Part shown: positions 54,050 through 64,000 of the stretch, in pieces
How positions within the stretch are numbered: position 1 is the stretch's first letter
How the letters are laid out: every line of letters begins with the position of its first letter
Origin: Antedon mediterranea
Lineage: Eukaryota > Animalia > Echinodermata
NCBI RefSeq assembly: GCF_964355755.1
Contig: NC_092673.1
Location: forward strand, 25,169,648 to 25,233,647
Length of the DNA stretch: 64,000 nt
Direction: 5' to 3'
Notes under the pieces: model-generated
Told to the model about the DNA's origin: nothing
Databases searched by the model: none
Seen by the model: only the letters and a program-made list of their open reading frames with translations
Translations under genes and position numbers: made by a program

Positions 54050-54742
54050 TTACAATTGGTAAAGAATCTTATTAAAAAGCTCTGAATCATTTGTAATCAA
54101 CTTTATGGCTTTATCGAACGCATCAACATTGATACAACGTAAATGAAAGTAGTTTAGCGCCCATTCAAAATGGGTAGCGCTATTGTCCACAAGTTTCAAT
54201 GCCAGAATTGGTCGAAAAAATGTTAAGAGTTGTTCATATCTTGAGCCGTGAAAGTTATAACGTTCAACCATGTCCTTCAGAATGAATATAAATTCTTCTA
54301 TGAAAACCTTCTCAATTGTTCTCATTATTTCTTTGTACTCAAGTTCGGTAGTTTCTTTCTTAATCTCCGCCTCCAGCACAGGGTTCAGGTACTCTTCTGC
54401 AAACACCTCATCTTCTACCTCATCTTCTACATCGGATTTTCTTGCCAGAAATAGGTGGTAGTCAACTACCGATGACGTGTCGTCGTATACAATCCTCTCC
54501 TCTTCAGAAATTATTCTCGATCTATAATGTTCGTCTTCTTCAGTATTAGATACATTATTGAAATCAACGTTCATTGGAGGTGGAGGTTGAATCGCCATTA
54601 AACACGTCATACAATTTGAAGGTACTGCTGTGCCGTGTTGATGTGAAACTTTGTGTATCTTTACTCGATTAGATACAGGACTCTGTCCTTTTGAAGAAGA
54701 AAAAACTCTCTTACTACCGGATTGATTTTGAGTAGAATTCAT
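54050..54742 (-). CDS. Intact orphan ORF (~230 aa from MNSTQNQ) inside the Maverick remnant
   Basis: Uninterrupted 774-nt frame (54050-54823) in very AT-rich DNA. Basic/Ser-rich N-terminus, CxxC, PPPP, acidic tract, helical C-terminus. TATA-like run at ~54836-54848 upstream and AATAAA (minus) at ~53913 downstream. No family recognised. Confidence 0.6.
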   Translation of the reverse strand: MNSTQNQSGSKRVFSSSKGQSPVSNRVKIHKVSHQHGTAVPSNCMTCLMAIQPPPPMNVDFNNVSNTEEDEHYRSRIISEEERIVYDDTSSVVDYHLFLARKSDVEDEVEDEVFAEEYLNPVLEAEIKKETTELEYKEIMRTIEKVFIEEFIFILKDMVERYNFHGSRYEQLLTFFRPILALKLVDNSATHFEWALNYFHLRCINVDAFDKAIKLITNDSELFNKILYQL

Positions 54743-54944
54743 CCTGATAGATAATAACAGCAGGATAAAGAACAGATGACTAAATGTTAAAAATCTAAAG
54801 CAGGAAAACTGTACTGTTTTCAAATTAACAATCTGTATATATATATAGTAAATCAGGTACCGTGTTAAAAATAAAACAATTTACATATATCATACTTAAT
54901 TCAATAATTCATAGAATAAATACCAACGCAATTACTAAGTATTC

Positions 54945-55925
54945 GTTAAAACACTCTCATATTAATAAAAATATATTAATATTCACGATCGAATATTAAA
55001 ACATCTCATTACTTATTCATTGGACTGAGATCGCTACGCTTACAAAAACAACGAATTATGATTGGTAGATTAATTCATTAGCGCTATGTTTATAAGGAAT
55101 CTTATTGGTTCATTGCCTGATGACGTCACATACCCTCTAAAATCACAGGATTTGAAAAAATAGACAGCGGATTGATGTTATGATTTTGTTCTTATACAAA
55201 CATATAAAAAAAGCAGTAATCAAAGCTGATTAAACTTGTAGATTTTATTCATTAAAATAGGCCTATACTATAATATCAGACTTCTCAATGAAGGTAAGCA
55301 CATTATTTTTAATTTTTATTTATTTATTTATTTATTACCATCTTTATATATTGAAGGAATACCCTTAAAAAATAATGCGGTTATTTAACTAAACGAAAAA
55401 ACAAAAGGATAAAAAACTAATAAAATAATTAAATAACTTTTAATATCTTTGAATATCTCAACAGGGACAACGAATTCTAATTTCATTAGCATTATGCTTA
55501 TAAGGAATCTTATTGGTTCATTGCCGGATGACGTCACATACCCGCTAAAATCACAGAATTACAAAAAATGACCTGTCCACGCCTCACATGTAAACTAATT
55601 CCATGGAAAGACAGCGAATTGATGTTATGATTCCTTATACAAACATAAAAAACAGTAATCAAAGCTGATTAAACTTGTGGATTTTATTCATTAAACTGTA
55701 CATCAGACTTCTCAATGAAGGTAAACACATTGTCTTTAATATTTAAATGTAAATATTTATTTAAACATCATGTAATACATGTATTACGTTTAAAAATTAT
55801 ACGTAAAACTATCACTCATTTACTAATTATTCATTAAAACACCCCTCATATTAATAAAAATATATTAATATTCATGAATATTAAAACATCTTATTACTTC
55901 TTCATTGGACTGAGATCGCTAAACA
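54945..55925. repeat. Direct repeats in the Maverick subterminal region carrying CCAAT + CRE palindromes
   Basis: 55076-55290 is repeated at 55484-55730, each copy containing ATTGG and TGACGTCA (55121, 55529). 54948-55034 is repeated at 55836-55921. Confidence 0.75.
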
Positions 55926-57231
55926 AATTAATTTATTCATTTATTAAAAAATAATACCATTTTAATTATTAAATATTCATAAAACTACCCCCTAATTAAT
56001 TATTCATAAATAGTACACTCATAATTAATATATTAATATTCATTAATTAATTTATGAATTATTCATTGGACTGAACGGGGAACTATACTACTATGATTAA
56101 ACGACATTTGTGATGTAGGCCCTACTTTACACTAGCAACATAAGCCATATAGCTGGATTTTGATGCCTATGTTCGCCTTTTTATTGGTTTATGCATAAGT
56201 ATTTTGTTGTTGATGTTAAACAATTGAGTTAAATACTTTGGCACAGAGATGACGATTAAGACCTCTAAAAAGAATAAAGTTTTCGTTCAATTAGTTACCA
56301 ATAAAACGATAGATTCAATACCCCATTCTCGTGCTGTAGTATCTCTACATCGATGTTTCCCAGTATCATAGAAAAATTCCGTAATACAGAATCACATGTT
56401 TTTCACATGTAACGCCTACTATCACAGATCATAAACCTAAATCTAAACTTACATGATAGGCCTACATCCACAATTTTCCTAGGACACTGGAGAAATCTAG
56501 ATACAGTATCGAAAATCGGGTGGAACAAGGTTGTCTGTACACTGTTGGTTGGGTGGTTTCTTGAAAAACTAAAAAGGGCCTGGGGTTTTTGATTTCAAAT
56601 GAATATTCTATAAATGATATTTGTTATTGTGTTTTAGTTGAGTTATCATTTTATAGTCTTAATATTTAAAAAATTTATCTATCATACATCTTACCAATTC
56701 GACAGAAAATAGGCAAATTATATTTAAAATATCATCATTGTCATTGTAATATTCATGATTAATGAATATGTATATAAGACTTCAAAACACAGTAGAACAC
56801 AAATACAGTACTAAAACCTCAAACAAGGTAATACTGTATATACGCATTGCTTCTCTCTAAATTAATAGTAGTAATTTCCTCTTTTTAAAGCGTGGTTCCC
56901 ACTAGCGACGCAACGCAAGGACGTAACGCAACGCAAGTGAATTGACCAATTACAAGCGATGGCTTATTCGCTTGTGATTGCTAACTGTCTATAACTTCGC
57001 TTGTTAAAAATAAGTACATTTTAAATGTGAATAGTCTATAAAATGAAATTACTAATGTTAAAAACATCAAAATAATTACTTTTTTGTTGATTAACAAAAC
57101 ATAATAATATTTAATACCACTTATGCTACAATTAATGGTAAATTATATCAATTTGTAGCTAACATGCCTACAGGACTAGATAAATAAAATATGAAGATCA
57201 AATAAGTTAAAACTGCCTCAATATAGATTTA

Positions 57232-57275
57232 TTTTTACGACATGTTTCGGGCATAGCCCATCATCAGGTGAAAAG
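57232..57275 (-). ncRNA. Minimal type-I hammerhead ribozyme in the Penelope terminal repeat
   Basis: Minus strand: TTTTCAC-CTGATGA-T-GGGC-TAT-GCCC-GAA-ACATGT-C-GTAAAAA. It has the conserved CUGANGA/GAAA core, a 4-bp stem II, a palindromic stem III and a GUC cleavage triplet, followed by AATAAA. Confidence 0.8.
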
Positions 57276-57884
57276 AATTGTAACAAAGGATAACATATAT
57301 AAGTCACAAAATTACATAATAAAACAAATCAGCCAATCAAAGATGTTAAAAAACAAAAGGCATAATTATAAAGGCACGCCTCCAAAAGCTATGGGGTACA
57401 AAGCAGGAATGGTTGCTTATAAAGCAGGAAATTTAAAACAAAGACAAAAGCTTCAAGTGTAAATAATTGTTAATATGTGAATGTCTCTGGCAAAATTAAT
57501 GTTTAAAGGATCTAAATTGTACATTTATGCCGGTAGGGGCAAGAGTGCCAAGCTTTACAATTATTCTTTCTTCTATAATTCTACGAGATGTCTCAGAACC
57601 ATTACATACTTTAACACCAGAAATTGTAATATCCGAAAGGCAATGCTCATTATTACAAAAATGGGTGGCTACAGGTAATCCGGTAGTCTTTAGTTTAATA
57701 GACCTTAAATGTTCTACAAACCTATCACCTAACCTGCGTTTAGTTTCACCAATATAAAGCATATTACATTTAGTACACGAAATACAATAAACTAGATTTC
57801 TAGTGATGCACATAATACGATCTGTGATAACATAATTACCAGAAGGTCCTACTATTTGGTTTGAACATGAAACGTAATTACATG

Positions 57885-58682
57885 TGTAACAGGTTCAGAC
57901 TACTAGCGTCGTAGCTTTATCGCGTAGTATTTTCAGGAGCTGCAGCACTGGCACAAACACAATAAAATCATCCACAGAGACAGTTCTTGGTTTGGAAAAG
58001 TTAAATTCTTTTATTGAAGCTAGTAACCAGTCGGAAGGAGATAGAACAAAAACAGTGTTACTATTTAAGATAACATATCAGTGATCGATCGATCGTATCA
58101 TTAACGACAGTATAGGCTACTATTGCGTTGTGTCTAGTATAACAATCAACAATCAACTATATTAACTATAGTAAAACAATTCTAAAATTAAGAGAGATAA
58201 AAATATAGATGCTTACCTAGTAACCAGTCGGAAGGAGATGAAAACCTTCACTTTGGGCTAGGCACTAGTAAGTGTCATCCATTCCCAGTTGGGTACTATT
58301 ACAATTTTTAACCGATGGTATATACATTTACCATAACGTTATTTCGTAGTTTACAGACCGTTTGTATTGTAACTTGAGTCATACACATGTAATTATCAAT
58401 TTAAATTCGGTTATACAAAAAAAGAAACTATTAAAAATGCAAATCAATTAACAAAATCCCTTGTCCATTTATGAACTGACCCATACTGAAACATTATACA
58501 CTAAATATTCATGACCATTTTCCCCGCCACTTGGATGAGGTGACTCATCTATTTATAGCATGGTCACTTATCATTCCAGCTTTTACTTTAATGGGTCCCA
58601 CAAGGTTTCTCAGATTCAAGTCAGATTCAGCAGATAAATCATTCAAGTATTTGGGTATAAGCATACCTGTTACCCTGTTACA
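57885..58682 (-). mobile_element. Probable solo LTR (Gypsy-type) inserted in the Penelope ORF
   Basis: CATG|TGTAACAGG...CCTGTTACA|CATG: TG...CA ends, 9-bp IR, 4-bp TSD. AATAAA on the minus strand ~125 bp from the end. Confidence 0.7.
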
Positions 58683-60710
58683 CATGTCGAACATCTATTT
58701 CTATTACATTCGAATGTTCCAGTTGATTCATTACCTTTGTTTTGTAGCCTAATTTAGATTTAACTAAAGTGTCTTTAATGCTTTGATCACGTCTGTAAGC
58801 TATCATGGGTGGTTCTTGAAAAATATCTTTTGTAGCGGATTTATCTTCAGTCAAAATTGAAAAGTTATCGCGGACAATTAATAACCTTCTTATTCATAGG
58901 ATGATACGTGAGGACTAGAGGTATGCGGTCACAAGCATTTGTATTATGTGTTGGTTGCAATGTGTCCTCGTGCGTTAACTGGCAAACTTTTCTTAGAGAT
59001 TTCACAGTAATGTCAGATGGATATTCGCGTGCATTGAAAAAATCGATCATCTCAGATGCTTTGATGTTGAAGTCATCATCATCGCAGGCCCGTATCCAGG
59101 GGGGGTGCGTTGGGTGCAGACGCACCCCCCCCCCCCAAGTCCCAAAAGGTCCACTATTTCCTCGGTTGGTATTTTTTCTTGTCTTGTTTAACTAAAGACA
59201 ATATCATTATATATGTACAAAATTTACATTATCAATGGTATACAAACAAAAATATGCTAATATAAAATGAAAAAATACCGGTAATTAAATTACGGAATCT
59301 GAACTGACTACAAACTCGATGTAAAACATGCGCAGTCGATCATGTGACGACAAGCAATAGCGTAGCGCTTCATGTACGCGGTACGCGGTAAAGTGTTTGC
59401 TGGAGAAATAAAGACAACTTAACCGGCGGTAAAGACGTGTCTGGAAATACAGACACTATCGAATACGGCGCCTAAACAAGGGAAGGCCAACTACGGGGGC
59501 TCTAGCCCCCCAGCCCCCCCCCCCCCCCCCCCCCCCCTCTGTCGGGGAACACGGGTACTTTTTGTCGGGGAATATAATATATACAGTAAAAAACGTTCGC
59601 GTTCACTTCATATAGCTTCAGCGCCTAGAAAACCACGACGTTCCATTGACCGTGAGAGTACGTCAGAGGGCTAATATGCACTTTTATGCATTCATTATTG
59701 CCAGCGATCTAACTTACTACTAAACATTAGCTAGGTACGCACTTGTCTGGCGGTATCCCTTTGTACGAATCGTTCAACGTTGGGTCGAGACGCGTGATAT
59801 CAAGTTTCATCCAGGGACCAAAATGTGTAATGTAGTTATTTTCCAGGCGAAGTTTACCGACGGTTACCGAAGGGAACACGTGTACTTTTTGATGGGGAAT
59901 ATAATATACAGTAAAAAGCGTTCGCGTTCACTTCGTAGCTAGCTTCAGCGCCTAGAAAACCGCGACGTTTCATTGACCGTGAGAGTACGTCAGAGTGATA
60001 TTATGCACTTTATATGCATTCATTATTGCCAGCGATCTAACTTACTACTAAACAATAGCTAGGTACGCACTTGTCTGGCGGTATCCCTTTGTACGAATCG
60101 TTCAACGTTGGGTCGAGACGCGTGATATGAAGTTTCATCCAGGGACCAAAATGTGTAATGTGTTATTTTCCAGGCGAAGTTTACCGACGGTTACGTCGTG
60201 TACTGCGTCGACGTACGCTACACTACAGCAAAAACGAATTATGTTAATTGTTCGTTTGTTCACCAATTTTTTAATTTACAAGTAACCTTCTGTACCGTGG
60301 GGCACCTAAAATAAATTTTTCATCCATTACTAAACAAAAAAACATGCCATTTTCGCTTAGCCAACATTATAGCTATAGTTATTACATTTTCAATATCCTG
60401 TATGTCATGAATTTCTCACCACTCGGAAGTCCAGATGGTACGCATGCATACACCTGGGAGGAATAAACTTTTTTCCCCGACTGAAAAAGGTCTACGCTTG
60501 CGTTTTTTAAGCCTCTAGGCCTGATGTTTGCAAAGTATAAAATGCAATTTTCTGAAGACCTGCAGCTCTAGTTTTAAACATTTTCTTAGCTCAGCCCCAA
60601 CAATAAAGCTGGTCATATTTCGAAGAACAAGAAGTACATTTTTCATCTCTATTTTTCAAACATTTCTTAGCTCAGTCACAACCCATGATAGGGACTTATA
60701 TATTTTTTTT

Positions 60711-62835
60711 GGTTCTAGGACACCTACCCCCTAGACAGTTACCCCCCGGATGTTTACCACCCGGACAACTACCCCCTTAGGACAACTACCCCCCGGACAA
60801 TTACCCCCCGGACAACTACCCCCTTAGGACAACTACCCCCTTAGGATAACAACCCCCCGGACAACTACCCCCCGGACAACTACCCCCTTAGGACAACTAC
60901 CCCCTTAGGACAACTACCCCCCGGTCAACTACCCCCCGGTCAACAACCCCCGGTCAACTACCCCCCCCCCCCCCCAATCTAAAAGTAGACAAATATATAG
61001 GACCGGTTTCTGTAAAAATGAAATCATCTGGTTTTAACGGGTGTTTCGAAACTAGAGACCCGAGACCAGAGACCTGACACGACCCAATACGAAAAGGGAG
61101 ACCTATATTTGGGTCTCCCTTTTCGTATATTAGGGTCTCCCTTTTCGTTCTGGTCTCTTTTTTCGTATATTTGGGTCTCCCATTTCGTATATTTGGGTCT
61201 CCCTTTTCGTATATTTGGTCTCCCTTTTCGTATATTTAGGTCTCCCTTTTCGTATATTAGGGTCTCCCTTTTCGTATAGTGGGGTCTCCCTTTTCGTATA
61301 GTGGGGTCTCCCTTTTCGTACGTGGGTCTCCCTTTTCGTATATTTAGGTCTCCCTTTTCGTATTGGGTCTCGGGTCTCATGGTCTCTGGTCTCGGGTCTC
61401 TAGTTTCGAAACACCCGTTTTTAACCGATTATTCTGTTTAACAGCACGCTAGGCCCTAGATTTGCTAGATTTAAAGTACCGTATTTATTGAAAAAAACGG
61501 CCTGGGCTGTTTATTGTTTAGGTGGTTTTTAGGTGGACATTTATTGGAAGAAAGTTGTTTATTCAATGGGAGGGGGTATAATCTAATGGAAATAGACGCC
61601 GATTATTCCATATGATGTGTCATGAGAGTGACATGGTCACCGTTTATTTGAGGGGAATTTATTTAAAGATCGCCGTTTATTCGGTGAGTGAACATTGAGG
61701 TCAAATATCAAAAGTGATATTATTCTTCAAGTGTACAAAAATACAAATGACAAATTTGAGACAAAAATTAATTCTTTTAAGACCAGTGGTTATCGAAGCA
61801 TTGTCCTGACGCAAAAATTATTATTATTATTAGCGAACCCAGTTTTTACAGTAAATACAGGGAGTACTATATAATACGTTCGACTATCCTATGATCATGT
61901 GACAATCTTCAGTTTATACCAGGCTATATTTATGTTCAATCTTTTACTTTTGTTTACAATAATGAATAGTAATTTGTCAAAGTAACGAATTAAAATATAG
62001 TTATTAATTCCTATTATACGCTGTTGCAGAGGTCAGGTTGTTGAATGGTCTGGGTGTTAGTTGTCCGTCCGGGGGGTAGTTGTTCTAAAGGGATAGTTTT
62101 CTGGGTGGTAGTTGTCCAGGGGTTAGTTGTCCTACGGAGGAAGTTGTCCTAAAAGATTATTTGCCCTCGGAGTATTGTCCAGGTCCAGGAGGTAGTTGTC
62201 CTACGGGGAGTATTGTGTCAGAGGCAGTTGTCCGCGGGGTAATAAGATTATGATAATATAATTTCTAATTTGATACGATTAACCAAAAAGGAATTACAGT
62301 GATACGGGTTACTGGTGGTACTGAGCTATTATTGTTTTTTTTTATCATGTATATAAATATATTGTATAATCCGGGTTGTAAAATGAAAACAAACAAATGA
62401 AATGTTGTCCAGGGGTTAGTTGTCCTACGGAGGTAGTTGTCCTAAAAGATTATTTGCCCTCGGAGTATTGTCCAGGAAGTAGTTGTCCTACGGGGAGTAT
62501 TGTGTCAGAGGTAGTTGTCCGCGGGGTAATTACCCGGGGAGGAGGGGGTAATTGTCCGGGGGGGTAATTGTCCGGGGGGGGGTAATTGTCCGGGGGGGGT
62601 AATTGTCCAGGGGGTAATTGTTCCTAGGGGGTAATTGTCCGGGGGGTAGTTGTCCAGGGGGTAGTTGTCCTAAGGGGGTAGTTGTCCTAAGGGGGTAGTT
62701 GTCCGGGGGGTATTTGTCCGGGGGGTAGTTGTCCTAAAGGGGTAGTTGTCCTAAGGGGGTAGTGGTCCAGGTGGTGGTTGTCCGGGGGGTAGTTTTCCGG
62801 GGGGTAAATGTCCAGGGGGTGAATATCCGGATACG
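60711..62835. mobile_element. MULE-like foldback element with GGACAACTACCCCCC repeat arms
   Basis: Arrays of 15-17-bp GGACAA(C/T)TACCCCC units at 60711-60975 and their reverse complement at 62050-62835. ATTTTTTTT 9-bp direct repeat on both flanks. Confidence 0.7.
61039..61416. mobile_element. MULE-like MITE with internal ~20-bp minisatellite
   Basis: GGGTGTTTCGAAACTAGAGACCCGAGACCAGAGACC TIRs; TSD GGTTTTAAC/GTTTTTAAC; internal (GGTCTCCCTTTTCGTATATTT)n. Confidence 0.8.
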
Positions 62836-63595
62836 ATTTTTTTTTCATGTTTTGAAGTATAATAAGTCCAATTTCCGGGACCTCCAACTCTATTTTTCTA
62901 AATTTTCTTTGAACTTTTATTTTTTAAATTGAAAAATATGGATTGAAACAGTCATCGCGCATCGTTTTTTTGCACGCAGTATTTTATTTATGCATTATAA
63001 AAAATGGAAAAAATGGCTACCCTAAATCTGATTAAAAAGACCTCAAATGACGCTAGAACGCGTTGCTTCCGGGGGCTTCGCCCCTTGGACCCCACCGGGG
63101 GCCCTTGGCGGCCCCTGGCCCTCAGCCTAGTGATGGATGCTCGCTTCGCTTGCATAGCCCCTTCGTCGGGGAACGTAGCCCCCGCGTCGGGAAGATCCTG
63201 GCGCCACCCCTGCTGAGTTGGCCTCATCATGAAAGCCCAAGCCACAACAGAGAGTCTTACATCAGTCTTTAGAACGTCAAATAACGCAATGACCGGGGGC
63301 CCTTGGCGGCCCCCTGGCCCCCAGCCATTGTTGCTCGCTTCGCTCGCACCCCCCCCCCCCCCCATTATAAATGCTGCATACGGGCCTGCATCGCTACATA
63401 AATGTCGAAGTCTAACAAGTTGCGAATACGGTATAGCATTCTTACAAGCTGGAGGATGCGAAGAGTGGTAATTTAGATAAGTGTGCTCGTCAGTATCTTT
63501 GTAGTGAACGGATGTAGAAAGACCAGGTTTATCAATAGATAAACTAATATCAAGGAAAGGCACACACTTGTCAGAAATTTCATGAGTAAACTTTA

Positions 63596-64000
63596 CAGTC
63601 GGGCAGCAAAGTGGTTGACCTCGCGAATTATTACCAAATCAAAATTTGAATTGCCGCCATCTTGGAATCGCGATAAAGCAAGTAGTGCGGAATTACAAAA
63701 TGCAGCAAAAAAAAATTTCAATAACATTTAAATAGCATATTCATACAATTAAATTTATATTAATAAAATTCAACTAAGGATTTTACGAAAGATAGGCTAC
63801 TTAAGAAATACTGCCGAGATCGGATCCCCCACACGGCGTAGGGTACCGCAGTGCTAAGGGGCCTAGGTAGGAAAAAATCTGATTTTACCTGTTAAACATG
63901 CTTGAACCAAGGCCATTTTAATATATATTATCCAGATTATATATCAAAACAAACTGATAAAAGGATTTGTTGATTTGCTTCTGATGAGAAAAGTGCCGGA
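63596..64000. mobile_element. Start of a probable Tc1/mariner-type element running out of the window
   Basis: Penelope RT homology stops abruptly at TA|CAGTCGGGCAGCAAA. The other end is not in the window. Confidence 0.45.

Larger units (their letters stand above)
49330..56092 (-). mobile_element. Degenerate, internally deleted Maverick/Polinton (endogenous dsDNA virus-like) element
   Basis: The right end reads AGTAGTATAGTTCCCCG... on the minus strand, the canonical Polinton AGTAGT terminus. Integrase and pPolB remnants lie at 53385-53794, with compact ORFs separated by AT-rich repeats. No left TIR found; the left boundary is approximate. Confidence 0.75.
59085..63388. mobile_element. Non-autonomous hAT-like element with 5-bp TSD, inserted in the Penelope RT
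   Basis: CATCG|CAGGCCCGTA...TACGGGCCTG|CATCG. Removal restores RLRHLCSDDDDFNIKA. Contains a ~327-bp tandem duplication (59544-60195) and further nested MITEs. Confidence 0.75.
57225..63593 (-). mobile_element. Penelope-like retroelement (RT + GIY-YIG), fragmented by nested insertions
   Basis: Three minus-strand pieces rejoin after removing inserts. 63593-63389: RT end KFTHEIS..PFLD..YKDTD.H.YLNYHSSHP..CKNAIPYSQL.RL. 59084-58683: DDDF...RIPLVLTYHP. 57884-57496: linker C-x4-C-x2-C and GIY-YIG NLVYCISC..C..LYIGETKRRL..RF.EH...GIN. Confidence 0.88.

Noticed and set aside
61024-62887. Repetitive ORFs (EKGDPNIRKGRP repeats; GQLPP repeats)
   Set aside because: Translations of MITE minisatellites, not genes.
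62988-63563. 191-aa ORF as a novel RT fusion protein
   Set aside because: Only the first ~58 aa are Penelope RT; the rest is read-through into the inserted hAT-like element end.

Overview
AT-rich animal genomic DNA with spliceosomal GT-AG introns. It is probably a marine invertebrate; that assignment is inference only. The + strand carries two tandem PARP14-like macro-PARP paralogs. Copy A spans 7786-21117 with 24 coding exons visible and its first exon not found in the window. Copy B spans 24947-44109 with 25 coding exons, about 2370 aa by my exon assembly. Each encodes an expanded N-terminal array of RRM-like repeats (9 in B), a KH-like region, three macrodomains, WWE and an H-Y-I mono-ART domain. 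Copy B has two canonical NF-kB sites just upstream. Downstream (~49300-56092) lies a decayed Maverick/Polinton-type endogenous element: an AGTAGT terminus and fused pseudogene remnants of the integrase N-terminus and pPolB C-terminus. This element still holds an apparently intact, two-exon Bcl-2-like gene (BH4/BH3/BH1 plus a spliced TM anchor) and an intact orphan ~230-aa ORF. The rest is nested mobile DNA: MULE-, Kolobok-, Harbinger-, mariner- and hAT-type non-autonomous elements, a tandem Helentron-type element, LINE 3' ends, a solo LTR, and a fragmented Penelope retroelement with a hammerhead ribozyme. All calls are by eye; no database searches were run.
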